NCBI RefSeq assembly: GCF_006345805.1
Contig: NW_021832231.1
Location: 434,001 to 498,000 of the forward strand
Length of the DNA stretch: 64,000 nt
Direction of reading: 5' to 3'
Source of the DNA: Octopus sinensis
Lineage: Eukaryota
Position numbers and translations under genes: made by a program. A model generated the notes under the pieces. That model did not search any database. It worked only from the letters and a program-made list of their open reading frames with translations, and was not told the DNA's origin. Numbering within the stretch: position 1 is the first letter of the stretch; each line of letters starts with the position of its first letter. Positions 13,465 to 24,433 of the stretch are shown one piece after another.

Positions 13465-14014
13465 TTTATTGCTTAGTTTTGGTTTAGTTTTTCTTGTTCT
13501 GAAAATATTAATCTGATGGAAAAAATTAAGTACTGTAAGAGTTATTGTAGGATACTGTCTTATGATTATGCTGATCATCATGTTGATGCCTCATGTTCAC
13601 TTAGAAAAATTTTTTCTACTTTAGAACAAGGAATTTGCTGTATTTCTAGGAAAGAATCCCCGTCGCAATCAAAGAAATAGCTTCTGGTGTATCCTTCTAA
13701 AATATCTTGTTTGGAGCAGAGAAGAATATGTTACATTCCCAGAAGAGATAACAGAGATTTTCAGGCGAGTTCTTTGAAAGGTTAGATCCTAATATTCGAA
13801 CACGAAAGATGAATATCGCCATAACAGATTTTTAAAAGTAGAAAATTTTCATCATATGCACATACTCGGTTCTGGTCGAATCGATAATTTATATCGATCA
13901 AATTTTCAAAGCACCTAATAGTAGTGTAGTAGCACATAATAGGAAAAAACTGAGTGTCAACGAAGAGAAATTTATTTATACTTTTTTTTATAGTTTTTTT
14001 CTGACTTATTAAAA

Positions 14015-15306
14015 TTTTTTTTTGTTGACTTTTTGTTTTTTTTTAAACAAGAAAGAAATTAAAGATAGCTAAGTTAATTAAAGGCCTCACGAGACACCCG
14101 ACCAGCCTCGCGAATGGCGAAGCTGTTCCCTCGGATCACAGCAATCGACAGACGTTCCAGGAGCCAAGAAAACTCTCTTGGATCGTGACTAGTCCTTGAA
14201 ATCCGTCGACCGAGCGAGCGAAGGAAGCGGAGTGTCCGAACAGGTAGAATCCCAAATAAGGGACTTCCCCTGCTCGTAGGGGAAGGTGGACATGCCGTCA
14301 GGGCGTTTGCCATCCCCTCTATCCAATCCAACAGGTTCAAGGATTGAAATCGTGAACATTGCCTTAAATCCGAGTGACTTTACTGCTTCAATTTCCACGT
14401 GCCGAGGCATTCTCTCAGACGTCCGGATTACGGACAAATCAAATCTTACGATCCTCGGTGCCCCCATGGGGCCTTCTGCCCTCGAATGCTCACTCGCTGG
14501 AAAAATTTCCCACTTATCCAAAATGATCGACAAGCTTAAAGTCATCGAGCCTCATGTGGCTCTTTTCCTCCTCCGAAACCACTTTTCCGTCCCTAAGATC
14601 TTTTACACCCTAAGATGTGCACCCTGCTTTCAAAGAGGCGACCTTCTTTCCGACCTTGACAATATCCTCAGGCTCGGTACGAGCTCTCTTTGCAATCTGG
14701 CTTTCGACGATCCAGGCTGGACTCAGGCATCCCTGCCTGTGGGCTGGGGCGGCCTTGGCCTGAGATCCTATTCCGATCTTGCCCTCCCGGCATTCCTATC
14801 CGCCCATCACGCTTTTCGTACTCTCTCAGACATCGTTCTTAGAAACCTCCCCGAACGGAAATTGTCTGAAGATAACTCTGCTGCCCGTGGTCGGTGGGAG
14901 GCTCGGTTTGGTTCGAAGCTGCCCAATTCTCAATCTGTACAGCGTCAATGGGACGAAATCTCTTGTCAGGCAATCTTCGAAGGCCTGCTTCCTGTCTCCA
15001 ATCAACACCGTGCCGCTTGCCTCCGTGCAGGTCGCTGTGAAGGCAGCGGTGTCTGGTTAAAGGCTCTCCCTCTCCCTTCCATCGGGAACCTGTTGGACAA
15101 GGAATGCCTAAGAATTGCAATCTCCCTCCGTGTCGGGCTAAAAATCTGCCAGACCCACAAATGCCGTTGTGGGGGAACTGTTGACGAGTACGGTTTGCAT
15201 CCCCTCGCTTGCCGGCGGAGTGCCGGTCGTGCCCCCCGTCACAGTGAACTCAACTCAGTCATACAGAGAGCCCTCGCTTCAGCAGGCATCCCGTCAATCC
15301 TTAAAC
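14015..15306 (-). mobile_element. CRE-clade insertion with inverted 5' segment (twin-priming structure)
   Basis: The 3' part (SILEPVGLDRGDGKRPDG..WLLERLSIAVIRGN plus A-tail) is on the minus strand at 14347 to 14015. The upstream part (post-RT region, CKCGGTVDEYGLH..C zinc knuckle, RH..LN..ALASAGIPSIL) is on the plus strand at 14348-15306. Near-perfect TSD CTTATT(A/T)AAA at 14005 and 15307. Confidence 0.9.
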
Positions 15307-15967
15307 CTTATTTAAATTATTCAGGATTTTCGTTTTTTCAAGAATCAAATACATGTTCTTGTCAATTTTTTTAGAACATAAAACAATTTATTAGACATAT
15401 TTCTTTAAATGTAATTGTTATTTACTAGAAGTTAACTGTTCTTATCAATTAGATTACGCCCAATGTCGTATTTACGTATCAATTAGATGACGTATCAATT
15501 AGATTACTGTTCTTATCAATTAAATGCACTGGAAAAAAATGATTAAATTTATAAAGTCAATTTCAGATTTCATTATTATGTTTAGGATATATATCTAGCC
15601 TGGCGGATTGCCAGATGAAATTAAAAATTAAAAGTCCAGATGAAATTAGTTTAAATTAATGCGTTTGCTCTCAGGCGATTCTCCTCCTCTTCGAGGCAGA
15701 GCCAATCTCTTCGATGGACATATTCATCTATCACACAGAGCTTGCCTCTTCTGTGGTCGTCCTTAAGTTCGACTCAATGGCCACACTCGGGGAAGTTTCC
15801 TCCTTTGTTCCATTTTTAAACCGATCACTTTAATCAATTTTTTAACTATGTTTCCTTTTTTAATTCCTTGCACATATCGTTCGTTTTATTTCCTATATTA
15901 TTCGTCAAATCTGGAAATTTGCGGTTTTGTGTGTTTAAGAACATTTCGATTATTCTAATTGAACGAA

Positions 15968-17130
15968 ATGTTTAAGCCAGGCTGTTGTATTTTCGGGATT
16001 TAAATTTTAGTGAAGACGCTAATTGGAGTATTACTGGCCGTCGCAATTTACGTGCATGTGATCTGTGATGGACCTCGCCAGGCTAAAGTAAGATATTTGA
16101 TGTCAGTCTTAATTTAGAAAATCTCTGATTTGAGAGTGAAGGACTGGCTTTCGTGCGATATTTCGTACGTCTATAAAATAATAATCACAAAATTTGAAGA
16201 TATAGTCAACATAAGGTTTAAATTTCAAGGTTGTATTTCAAGTGGAAATTACAAGTACATTGAACCGGAAATGATATGTTTTTTGGGTCTAATCTATGGA
16301 TTACTGGGAGCTTACTTTTTATTTTCTGAAAAGTACCTCAATCAATGTATCGGGGTCTTTTTTCTTCAGTTGAGACATTTAATGGACATATACGACGGAA
16401 TGATCTATCGGCGACGAAAGAATGTTGAGTCTACTCCGATCTTTAAAAACATTGGGTTTTTTATCGACGCCACCTCAGACACTCTTGCCATCTCTTTGTC
16501 AGTAATCGCCATTCTCCTTGGCATCCTCAGAAAGCGAAGACAAAACTCGCCTTTGAAGACGTTTGTAACCTCAAAAAAGAAAATATCGTTTTTTGAAAGT
16601 CCTCTTAAATATATGAAACGTTATTTGACTCCTCTTTTACCAATCGGCTCTGAGGACCTGAGGGCAATAGATATTGTCCGTACTTTTACACTGAGCTTCA
16701 CTTTCGTGATAATTATGGGAATTTTTTGGACCACAACCCACGACATGTACTACTCAATATTTGACAGAGTAGTCGAATCTCCAGAGGCAGTAATATTTAA
16801 TATTAACATCGCATAGACAGCCCTTGTTCTGAAACATTTCCACTTGAAAACGACTGCTTTTAAGTTTTTTGTTTATTCGCAAGTAAACCACATCAACTAC
16901 ATCGGAATATTTTTTCTCATGGTGATTGCCAAAAGGCAATGGGTGGGGCTAGTTGTGTGACTTTTAGGACTTTCTTCGAATTACCTATATTTGGTGGTTC
17001 ATACTCTGCATAGTTTCTACACTCGTCATCAAATTTGACAGTCATTACGTAGGCTACTTTAAAACTATTTTAGTTAAATTCGCAAGTAAATCTAGTCCTA
17101 GGGAAGATGGTCAAAGTTTAATTGTTTACT
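15968..17130 (+). CDS. CPES: Ceramide phosphoethanolamine synthase-like CDP-alcohol phosphatidyltransferase
   Basis: CDP-alcohol motif LRHLMDIYDGMIYRRR..GFFIDATSD; N-terminal WLSCDI and C-terminal W/DFLR match arthropod-type CPES as recalled. The 3' end is approximate. Confidence 0.72.
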
Positions 17131-17149
17131 TTTTTTATTTGGTAAAAAA

Positions 17150-18330
17150 TAAAACATTCTATACATGTGGGCAATAGGGGAAATCAATTTGTATGTATTC
17201 CTTGGTGTCCTTGAAGACAAGATAGCTTAAAAACATCCGACTTGTCTGTTTGTTAGCTTAGCTATTGAAAAATTAAAGCAGCAGTAAAATAACGTATTAT
17301 TAGTAAAAATAGCTCAATGGATAGAACTGTGATTGTTTTGCATGTCAGTTGGCAACTCCTGATTAGGTGCCAATTCAAGGTGACTGTGATAGGCATTTTG
17401 AAATATGTTGGCCAAGGCAGGACGTCGAGACCTCAAATAAACATTCATAAAATTTTGATCGGATTCAACAGACGTTTCCCTAATGTACACACAGAAAACT
17501 AACCAACATGGAATAGACAACAAAAAGCAACGTCTTTTATAATTTAAACTGAATAGTTACGGCAAAATACTTTTTATACTAATAATATTTATATTACCTA
17601 ATTATGCACATTTTTTGTGTTAAAAATGATTACAAAAAAGTCAATCGATTCAAAATCAATTATTGAATAGCGTTATATAGATTTTTTGTATAAGCTTGAA
17701 ATTAGGAAACCAAACAAGATTTTATACCACAAAATAATTAATAATTGAAATTGTGGTTGCCACCACAAATTAACATTAGGCATGTCAATTAATCAATATT
17801 TTTAAAAACAAGTTGAATCCTCTCCAGACTGATCAGAGGACTTTTTTGGTTTTTTTGAAAACAGCAAGTTATTTCGAAGGCATTTATAATAGGCAAACTA
17901 CATAGAGAGCATTAAGAGACCGGTTTATTAGCAAAAAACCAATTAATCTTAAGCTTGTTGGTGTTGACAATGACAAAAATAGCTACGTTACTCTTTAAGA
18001 GTCTCTCGTCTGTAAAATGACATCTCTGATGTGTTTTTGAAGAACTGTCTGAATTTAGCAGCAGAACACAAGGACATTTCTGCAGAAATCAAGAAGTAGT
18101 CAGAATACTTCTTTCTTGTGTCCGGTATTAAGTTAATCACTTCATTTAAGACCACAACTGCAATCCTCCTAGACTCGCTCGCAGTGCTTTTTTAAAAAAT
18201 TTGAGCAAAATAGATATCATTAAGTACGTTTATTTCACTGATCAAGTCCCGACATGCTTTCTTTTAAATGGACTAAAGAAGACAGCTTATCAGGCAATTG
18301 ACATCCCTAACTCTTTCATAATTTCCCCGA
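17150..18330 (-). CDS. Unidentified, probably spliced coding region
   Basis: Coding-like open stretches (STASESRRIAVVVLNEVINLIPDTRKKYSDYFLISAE..; ETSVESDQNFMNVYLRSRRPALANIF) bounded by plausible short introns. No family recognised. Confidence 0.3.
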
Positions 18331-18420
18331 CAAACCTGATTGTTATAGTTTTAATGTCTAAACACAACTAATTGACCAATCAGGCTAGAATATGTATTTA
18401 AATAATTGTAATAAAATAAA

Positions 18421-19658
18421 TCAGGGAGGACAGAGAGGACAAACATTGAGTGATTGATGGAGAAGAACATTACAATCATAGCAGAAGGAGGCAGCACACG
18501 TAGGGCATTGATACATCTCCTCATGCTTACCGGAATGCAGACATCCTCCACAACTGACATCCTCATTTACTGCCTTAAAATTCGGCAATAAAAATAGTTG
18601 GTGATGAGAAACAGCCAAATGCGTAGAGGAGACGAGAGTCAGGTCACAAACCTTACACTGTCGAGGAACTCCACACACAGGAAAGAGACAACGAGGACAA
18701 AGTGGGTGGGGAATCGACTCCCGACTGAGAATTGAAGACACAACAACAACCACACTGTACACACCACAGCCATCCGTTCTTGAGGGAAGCCTGTGAATAA
18801 ACAAACAGTGACTACCAATCTCAATCAAGAAAGGATTGCCACTCTCGGGAACAGAACAAGTCAAAGCAGGCTCAATAAACTTGTAAAACAGCATTCCCAA
18901 ATGTTCCCTATCAATGGCCACGTCGTATGTGCCTGACTCACAATTCCACAACAACCTCCAGTCCTATCGGCCAAATACTGGAATATCCGAGTGTGTGCAG
19001 ATACGCCAATAACAGAACACCGAATATTCATTTCCCGTGCATTCTCAATTGTTTCTTCAATATTTCCACCGTCAATGAGTGTCAGACTGCCGTGGATCAC
19101 CAACACTTCCCGTGTCCAGTGTTTTGGCAGATTCCAGGGTACAACAAAATTATTACTCAAGATAATGGATTGCCAGACCAAGTCCATTTTGAAGGGAAAA
19201 TTCCCCACCGTCGACGTGTAGTTTTGATAGGGCCAGGAAGAGGTCTCGGGGATTCTCGGTCAGGCCTTGTCGGACTTCCCCGACCTTTTCTCCCAGGGAA
19301 ATCAGACCGAGGCGACCGAGGGGGTTCTTTGTGAAATATTCCTCCATGGCCTTCTCAAGCACGTGCTTTACAGAATGTAGACGGGAAGGACGCATGTCAG
19401 TGTCCTCCATGGAGGAAGAACAGTCCATCAATATAAAACAGGATCGAAACTGGGTTTATTTAGGATTATCTACAGTTCCACCCCGGAGTCGAATTAGTGG
19501 CCCGTTCTCGTGTAGTTTAATGTATTCTTTTCTGACTAGTTGGTGTATCTGGTCTTCTTCCTTTTCTTTTGTTATGTCCCTTGCTCATTTGATGCCTTTT
19601 TTATTTACCATGATTTTTCGTAGGCATTTTCCCACTCGTATTTGTCGGCCTCGTGCAT
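18421..19658 (-). CDS. GTF2H2: TFIIH p44 subunit (Ssl1)
   Basis: MHEADKYEWENAYEKSW; ILMDCSSSMEDTDMRPSRL..EEYFTKNPL; GEFSLQNGL; TREVLVIHGSL; CPRC..CKVCDLTLVSSTHLAVSHHQL; C-terminal C4C4 with CPLC. Confidence 0.95.
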
Positions 19659-19737
19659 GGCACCACAACGAATTGTTCTTATTATTTAATTGAAAATGAG
19701 TGTTAATTTAAAAAATTAGTAAAATTAATAATTCAGA

Positions 19738-20006
19738 TTAAAAATTATCATATTTATTTCCCATTGTCTGTGTAATTTTCCTTTTTATTTTATTTTTAAT
19801 AGACATTTTCTCAGGCTCGTAATCAATTGTTCGAGTTTCCTCATTTGATGACGGATCCGTGGATAATGAGCTAGATTTTGCCGACATGTAAGTCTCATCA
19901 CTTTGACTACTTTCCACCACAGTATAAAACGAAGAACGCCTAAAAATTAACTACAAATAATCAACTTGTATTCATAGTCGTCTAAATATGATTTCTGCTT
20001 TTTCAT
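19738..20006 (-). CDS. Small orphan Ser-rich protein (about 80 aa, one 26-nt intron)
   Basis: MKKQKSYLDDYEYK/RSSFYTVVESSQSDETY..GNKYDNF; a GT-AG intron joins the ATG exon in frame to ORF 19738-19920. Confidence 0.4.
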
Positions 20007-20066
20007 TCTCGATTTTTTAGAAAATTTAGTTTTTTTGTTTAAGTTGAGTTCTAGTAATCCAAAAGT

Positions 20067-20768
20067 CTATAATGTATACAAAATATATACAAAAATGATT
20101 AAACAAACAATACTTCCAAATAAATAATATTTGTCAATTTTATTGGCCCAATTCATTATTTTGGGAATACAGCCCTTTAAATAATCAAGCCCACAAGACC
20201 GAAGTGAATACATGGACTGAATTGTTGCAGGATGGAGGGATCTGAGAAAGTTGGTAGTCCTTAGTTGAGTAGGCACCACAACAGCCGACAGTCCTCTGCC
20301 AATAATCGACTCCAAATTTGTTGTTTTGGTAATTATTCACTGCCTGAGTAAATTTATAGCCAACAAACATAAAGATCTATATTTCATAAATTGTAAAACT
20401 CACCATTTCCTTAAACATAAAATAGACAATGGTCACTCCGAGGATACTGTTTAGTGCGAGTGTCATAAAAAGACGGAACTTTAGATATCATCAAATAAAT
20501 TACAAAAGCTATTAAGATTTTGTCATTTTTGATGATCAGTAAAACTCCGATAAAAATCCCTAGAAAGCCATCAGTAAAAATTAGAGAGATGATTCCGCCC
20601 AAATAAAATATGTGATTTCCAAACAAATATAAGGGACCCATACGTATTGAGAATATTATATATATGAGTAATCCTGATATGATGGACAGTCCCTGTGAGT
20701 AAAAATTTCCTGTCTACCCCAAATATTATCATGCTGAGGATAAAAATGAGTTTCCCGAGTCTGCGCAT
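20067..20768 (-). CDS. Tetraspanin
   Basis: Four hydrophobic segments; large loop with VDYWQRTVGCCGAYSTKDY..IPPSC (CCG and PxSC motifs). Confidence 0.85.
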
Positions 20769-21739
20769 TTGTTAAATAACGTGGTTTCTTCATAAAAATG
20801 CAAATAATCCCAAACGTCACAGTCTTAAGAGAGGATAAAGTTTAATAATCGGTTTTCAAACAACTAAAATAAATCTACAAACTGACTAATTCTCAAATAA
20901 TTAAATTCTAGGTTCGGTCCTTTATTAATAAAAAGAAACTCATTAATTGCCTAACTAAATCCTGAGCCTTCAAAGTGAGCAGGAGGTGGCTACATATAAA
21001 CGTAAAAAGACATATTCGATAATTTTAGACTGGAAAAGTTCCATATTTGTTTTATCACTATAAAAATGCATTTTACTACAAAAATCCGCTCACAAAAAAT
21101 TTGTTAAAAAGTATAAAAATGATTTTGTATAATTAGAAAAGCCATACCTTTATTAAAAATACGACATTCGTCTTTAACTTTTTTTAGAATGGTTCAAACA
21201 ACTCACTATAAGTAAATCTGGAACTTGGATGTATAAACTAGAATCTGAAGTAACTAAAACGAAGTAGCGTAGACAACACATTTCTTAGAAAATTAAAAAA
21301 ATGGCACCTCGTCTCTTTACCGATTCCAAATAATCAATATACAGTAAAACCTCTTCTGGTCGCCATCTCTCTATCTTGCTCGACACTATTATTAAATTTC
21401 TGCTTCTTTCAACATGTACCAAAATTATTAAAAATTGGTTAAAAGTGAGACTTGGAAAAAATTAAAATTCATTTTGTATGGCTATATTGTTCAAAAATGA
21501 GATTTTTAAAGTGTCCATTTAATCGCGTGCCCATTTATCCGACTGTGACATACTATTTGACACTCTCTGTAAATATGGGTACAAGAAATCGAAAAAGGGG
21601 GGAAGCTTTTGAGAATTAGATTGGCCATACAAGATATGATCAGAATAAAAGAAAAGAAGATATTGATGCATAAATCCAGGACCGAATTCCGAAAGGACAG
21701 CTTGTCCTTTGAATTGAATCTGAAAAGATTTTATGGACA

Positions 21740-22150
21740 AGTTTCAGGAGATCGCTAAGTTTAAGTTCAGTGACAATGATTCCTCGTCCTTTTGGAAGAA
21801 GAACTCCCTTAAGCCAGTTGGAGTGTGGATAGGACGGTCACCGGCATCGAGAGTGGACCTTCGGAGTTAACCGAGGAATTCATTAGACAGACCATTAAGT
21901 GGTCCTGCGACTGGAAGACATGCGGATGTGATGGAGTGTATAATTTCTTCATAAAACGATTTGATTCGTTACATGGATACCTGTGCCGGGAAGTGAACAG
22001 AATAGTTAATAGGGAATAAATTCCTGAAATTGGTTTTATACGGGCTTCACTAACTTGATCCGTTGAAGGCCCGACAAGAACATGCATTCAGGCCCTTGTG
22101 ATGAAGAAGACACTAGAAAGCATAATGGTGGAGCATAGCCATGGCATTCA
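21740..22150 (+). mobile_element. R4/NeSL-like (REL-type) non-LTR fragment, pre-RT region
   Basis: EEFIRQTIKWSCDWKTCGCDGVYNFFIKRFDSLHGYLCREVNRIV..PE.WFYTG. Confidence 0.7.
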
Positions 22151-22731
22151 TGCGCTTAAAGAAAAATTCATTACTGCAACCGGCTAATTGAAAAACAGAT
22201 TGACCAGAAAACTGTTTTTTGTGGTCTAATAAAAATACTTTTCTGGAACGGAACCTGGTTTGACACTTTTTTGTCTACGAAAATCACCGACTCGATATGG
22301 TGCATAGCATTTTTAAAATTGAAATTTGAGAAGCTAAAGTAGTATCAACGGCAATTTAATCGTGTTTTTTAACTGAATTAGTAAAAGTTTTTAAACGACG
22401 AACGGTACAAATCGGCTCTTTTTTGACGATGAAAAAACTCGTTGTTTTTCCAACAAATTTCTTGATTCATTTTACGAAGGAATGTTGCTTTAATTCAAAG
22501 AGCGCCTCTCTTGTAAAACTTTTAAAATCGTGATTCTCATTTAGTTTTGTTTTATACGCCCATAAAAAAGTAAAATAATAAATTAAAACAATTTAATTTT
22601 GCACAAAAATATTATCTTTTATCTATATTTGTGGTAATTAAAACACCTAATTTAGATAAACAATTATCAAATGCCGAAAAAAATTAGAGAAATTAACGTC
22701 CAGAGATTAAAGAGAAAATAATTAAGTTGAT

Positions 22732-24433
22732 CTAATTTTGAACGATACCAGGTTCATTGGTTTCGACCAATGCAATTCCAGGATTAAAATTTGCTGGACA
22801 TTCATTTTGTTCTATGCAATATTCAATTGCCCTTTGGTTAATGTCAAAATCATCGTTTGAAAACTGTCTCTAAAAATAATTTGCTTAAATAGACTACCCA
22901 GTATTCAAGCCCTTGAATTTTATTAGTTATGCAGTAATCGCAAGTGGGAAATTCATCATTCACCTAAAATATATAGTTTAATAATGTTTATTTTTTACAT
23001 TATTGTTTTTATCATTAATTTCGTCAGTATTTGTGCTTCTATCTTCTTGTTCACGATTGATTTGGTCCTCATTTTGTTCATTACGCATAACTTCATAATT
23101 TGCAGGACATTCGCTTTGTTCAATGCAATATTCAATTGCCCTCTGCCTGGTGTCAAATTTATCGTTTGAAAACTTTCTCTAAAAATAATTTTTGAATAAA
23201 TTACCCAGTATTCAAGCCCTTGAATTTTGTTAATTACGCAGTATTCGCAGGTGGGAAATTCATTATTTTCCTGAAATATAGTTTTAACAGTCAATTTTTC
23301 TTACATCATTGTTTTGATTCCTTCTATCTTCCCTATCTCTCCAATCACTTCGGTCACGATCTCTTCTGTCGTCCCTATCTCTCCTATCATTTCGGTCACG
23401 ATCCCGTCGGTCGTCTCTATCTCTCCTGTTATTACGGTCACGATCCCGTCGGTCGTCTCTATCTCTTCTATCATTTCGGTCACGATCTCTTCGGTCGTCT
23501 CTATCTCTTCTATCATTTTGGTCACGATCTCTTCGATCGTCTCTATCTCTTCTATCATTTCGGTCACGATCTCTTCGGTCTTCATTTTGTTCGTACGGCT
23601 CTCATCATAATTCTCTGGGCATTCTTTTTGTTCTATGCAATACTCAATTGCCCTTTCGTTAGTGTCAAAATCGTCGTTTGAATACTGTCTCTAAAAATAA
23701 TTCTTTTAGATAATTTACCCAATATTCAAGTCCCCTAATTTTATTAGTCACACAATAGTCACAAGTGGGAAATTCAATATTTTCCTATAATATAGTTGTA
23801 AAAGTCCATGATTTATACATTATTATTTCGATCTCTTCGGTCGTCCCTATCTCTCCTGTCATTGCGGTTACGATCTCTTCGGTCGTCTCTATCTCTTCTA
23901 TCATTGTGGTCACGATCTCTTCGGTCGTCTCTATCTCTTCTATCATTGCGGTCACGATCTCTTCGGTCGTCTCTATCTCTTCTGTCATTGCGGTCACGAT
24001 CTCTTCGGTCGTCTCTATCTCTTCTATCATTGTGCTCACGATCTCTTCGGTCGTCTCTATCTCTTCTGTCATTGCGGTCACGATCTCTTCGGTCGTTATT
24101 CTGTTCGTTACGTCTCTCATCATAATTTTCTGGACATTCTCCTTGTTCTATGCAATACTGAGTTGCTCGTTGTTCAGGATCGAAATTACTGATGGAATAC
24201 GCATTCTATAAATTATTGCTGGTTAAATTACTTGATATCTTAGTCCAATGGTTTTGTATTTTATACAATAGGAACATGAATTGAATTGGTCTCTGTCATT
24301 ATTTCGATTATCCCGCCTTCGATTATTTCTAGCCTGTTGAATATAATTTTAATTTCTAAACCTGTAGCAGATGAATACTCAATAGAATCCCTTTAAATTT
24401 TATTTAAAAAATAAAACAGATTATCGCAATCAT
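22732..24433 (-). CDS. Novel predicted secreted protein: signal peptide, four CxxC..Cx5C modules and Arg/Asp repeat linkers
   Basis: Manual splicing with 9 GT-AG introns of about 26-35 nt gives MIAIIWILLSIHLLQA-RNNRR.., then modules [EF]PTCDYC.TNKI.GLEYW/RQ.SNDDFD.N.RAIEYCIEQ.ECP.N[YF]. One apparent 1-nt frameshift near 23594. Confidence 0.75.
23330..23580 (-). repeat. 42-bp coding minisatellite, about 6 units (DRRDRDRNDRRDRD)
   Basis: Unit gaccgaagagatcgtgaccgaaatgatagaagagatagagac repeated on the minus strand. Confidence 0.9.
23830..24095 (-). repeat. 42-bp coding minisatellite, about 6 units (DRRDRDRNDRRDRD)
   Basis: Unit gaccgaagagatcgtgaccgcaatga(t/c)agaagagatagagac repeated on the minus strand. 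Confidence 0.9.

Noticed and set aside
15430-15525. Four copies of TATCAATTAGAT-like 12-mers
   Set aside because: Irregular short local duplication. It is not CRISPR-like (eukaryote, no spacers) and no function is supportable.
15660-15830. Short GC-richer coding-like segment upstream of CPES
   Set aside because: No consistent spliced ORF could be built on either strand.
21342-21385. TA-CAGTAAAACCTC, a Tigger-like TIR start
   Set aside because: No matching inverted end or transposase was found nearby.
22150-22560. Possible Tc1/IS630-like transposase remnant on the minus strand
   Set aside because: Only a vague VFLLDH match, with no TIRs or convincing DDE spacing.
23301-24211. ORF-track products TEEIVTEMIEE.., SISSIISVT.., SLRSSLSLL..
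   Set aside because: These are alternative frames of the 42-bp repeat. Splice phases and the module 1 junction support the RD frame on the minus strand.
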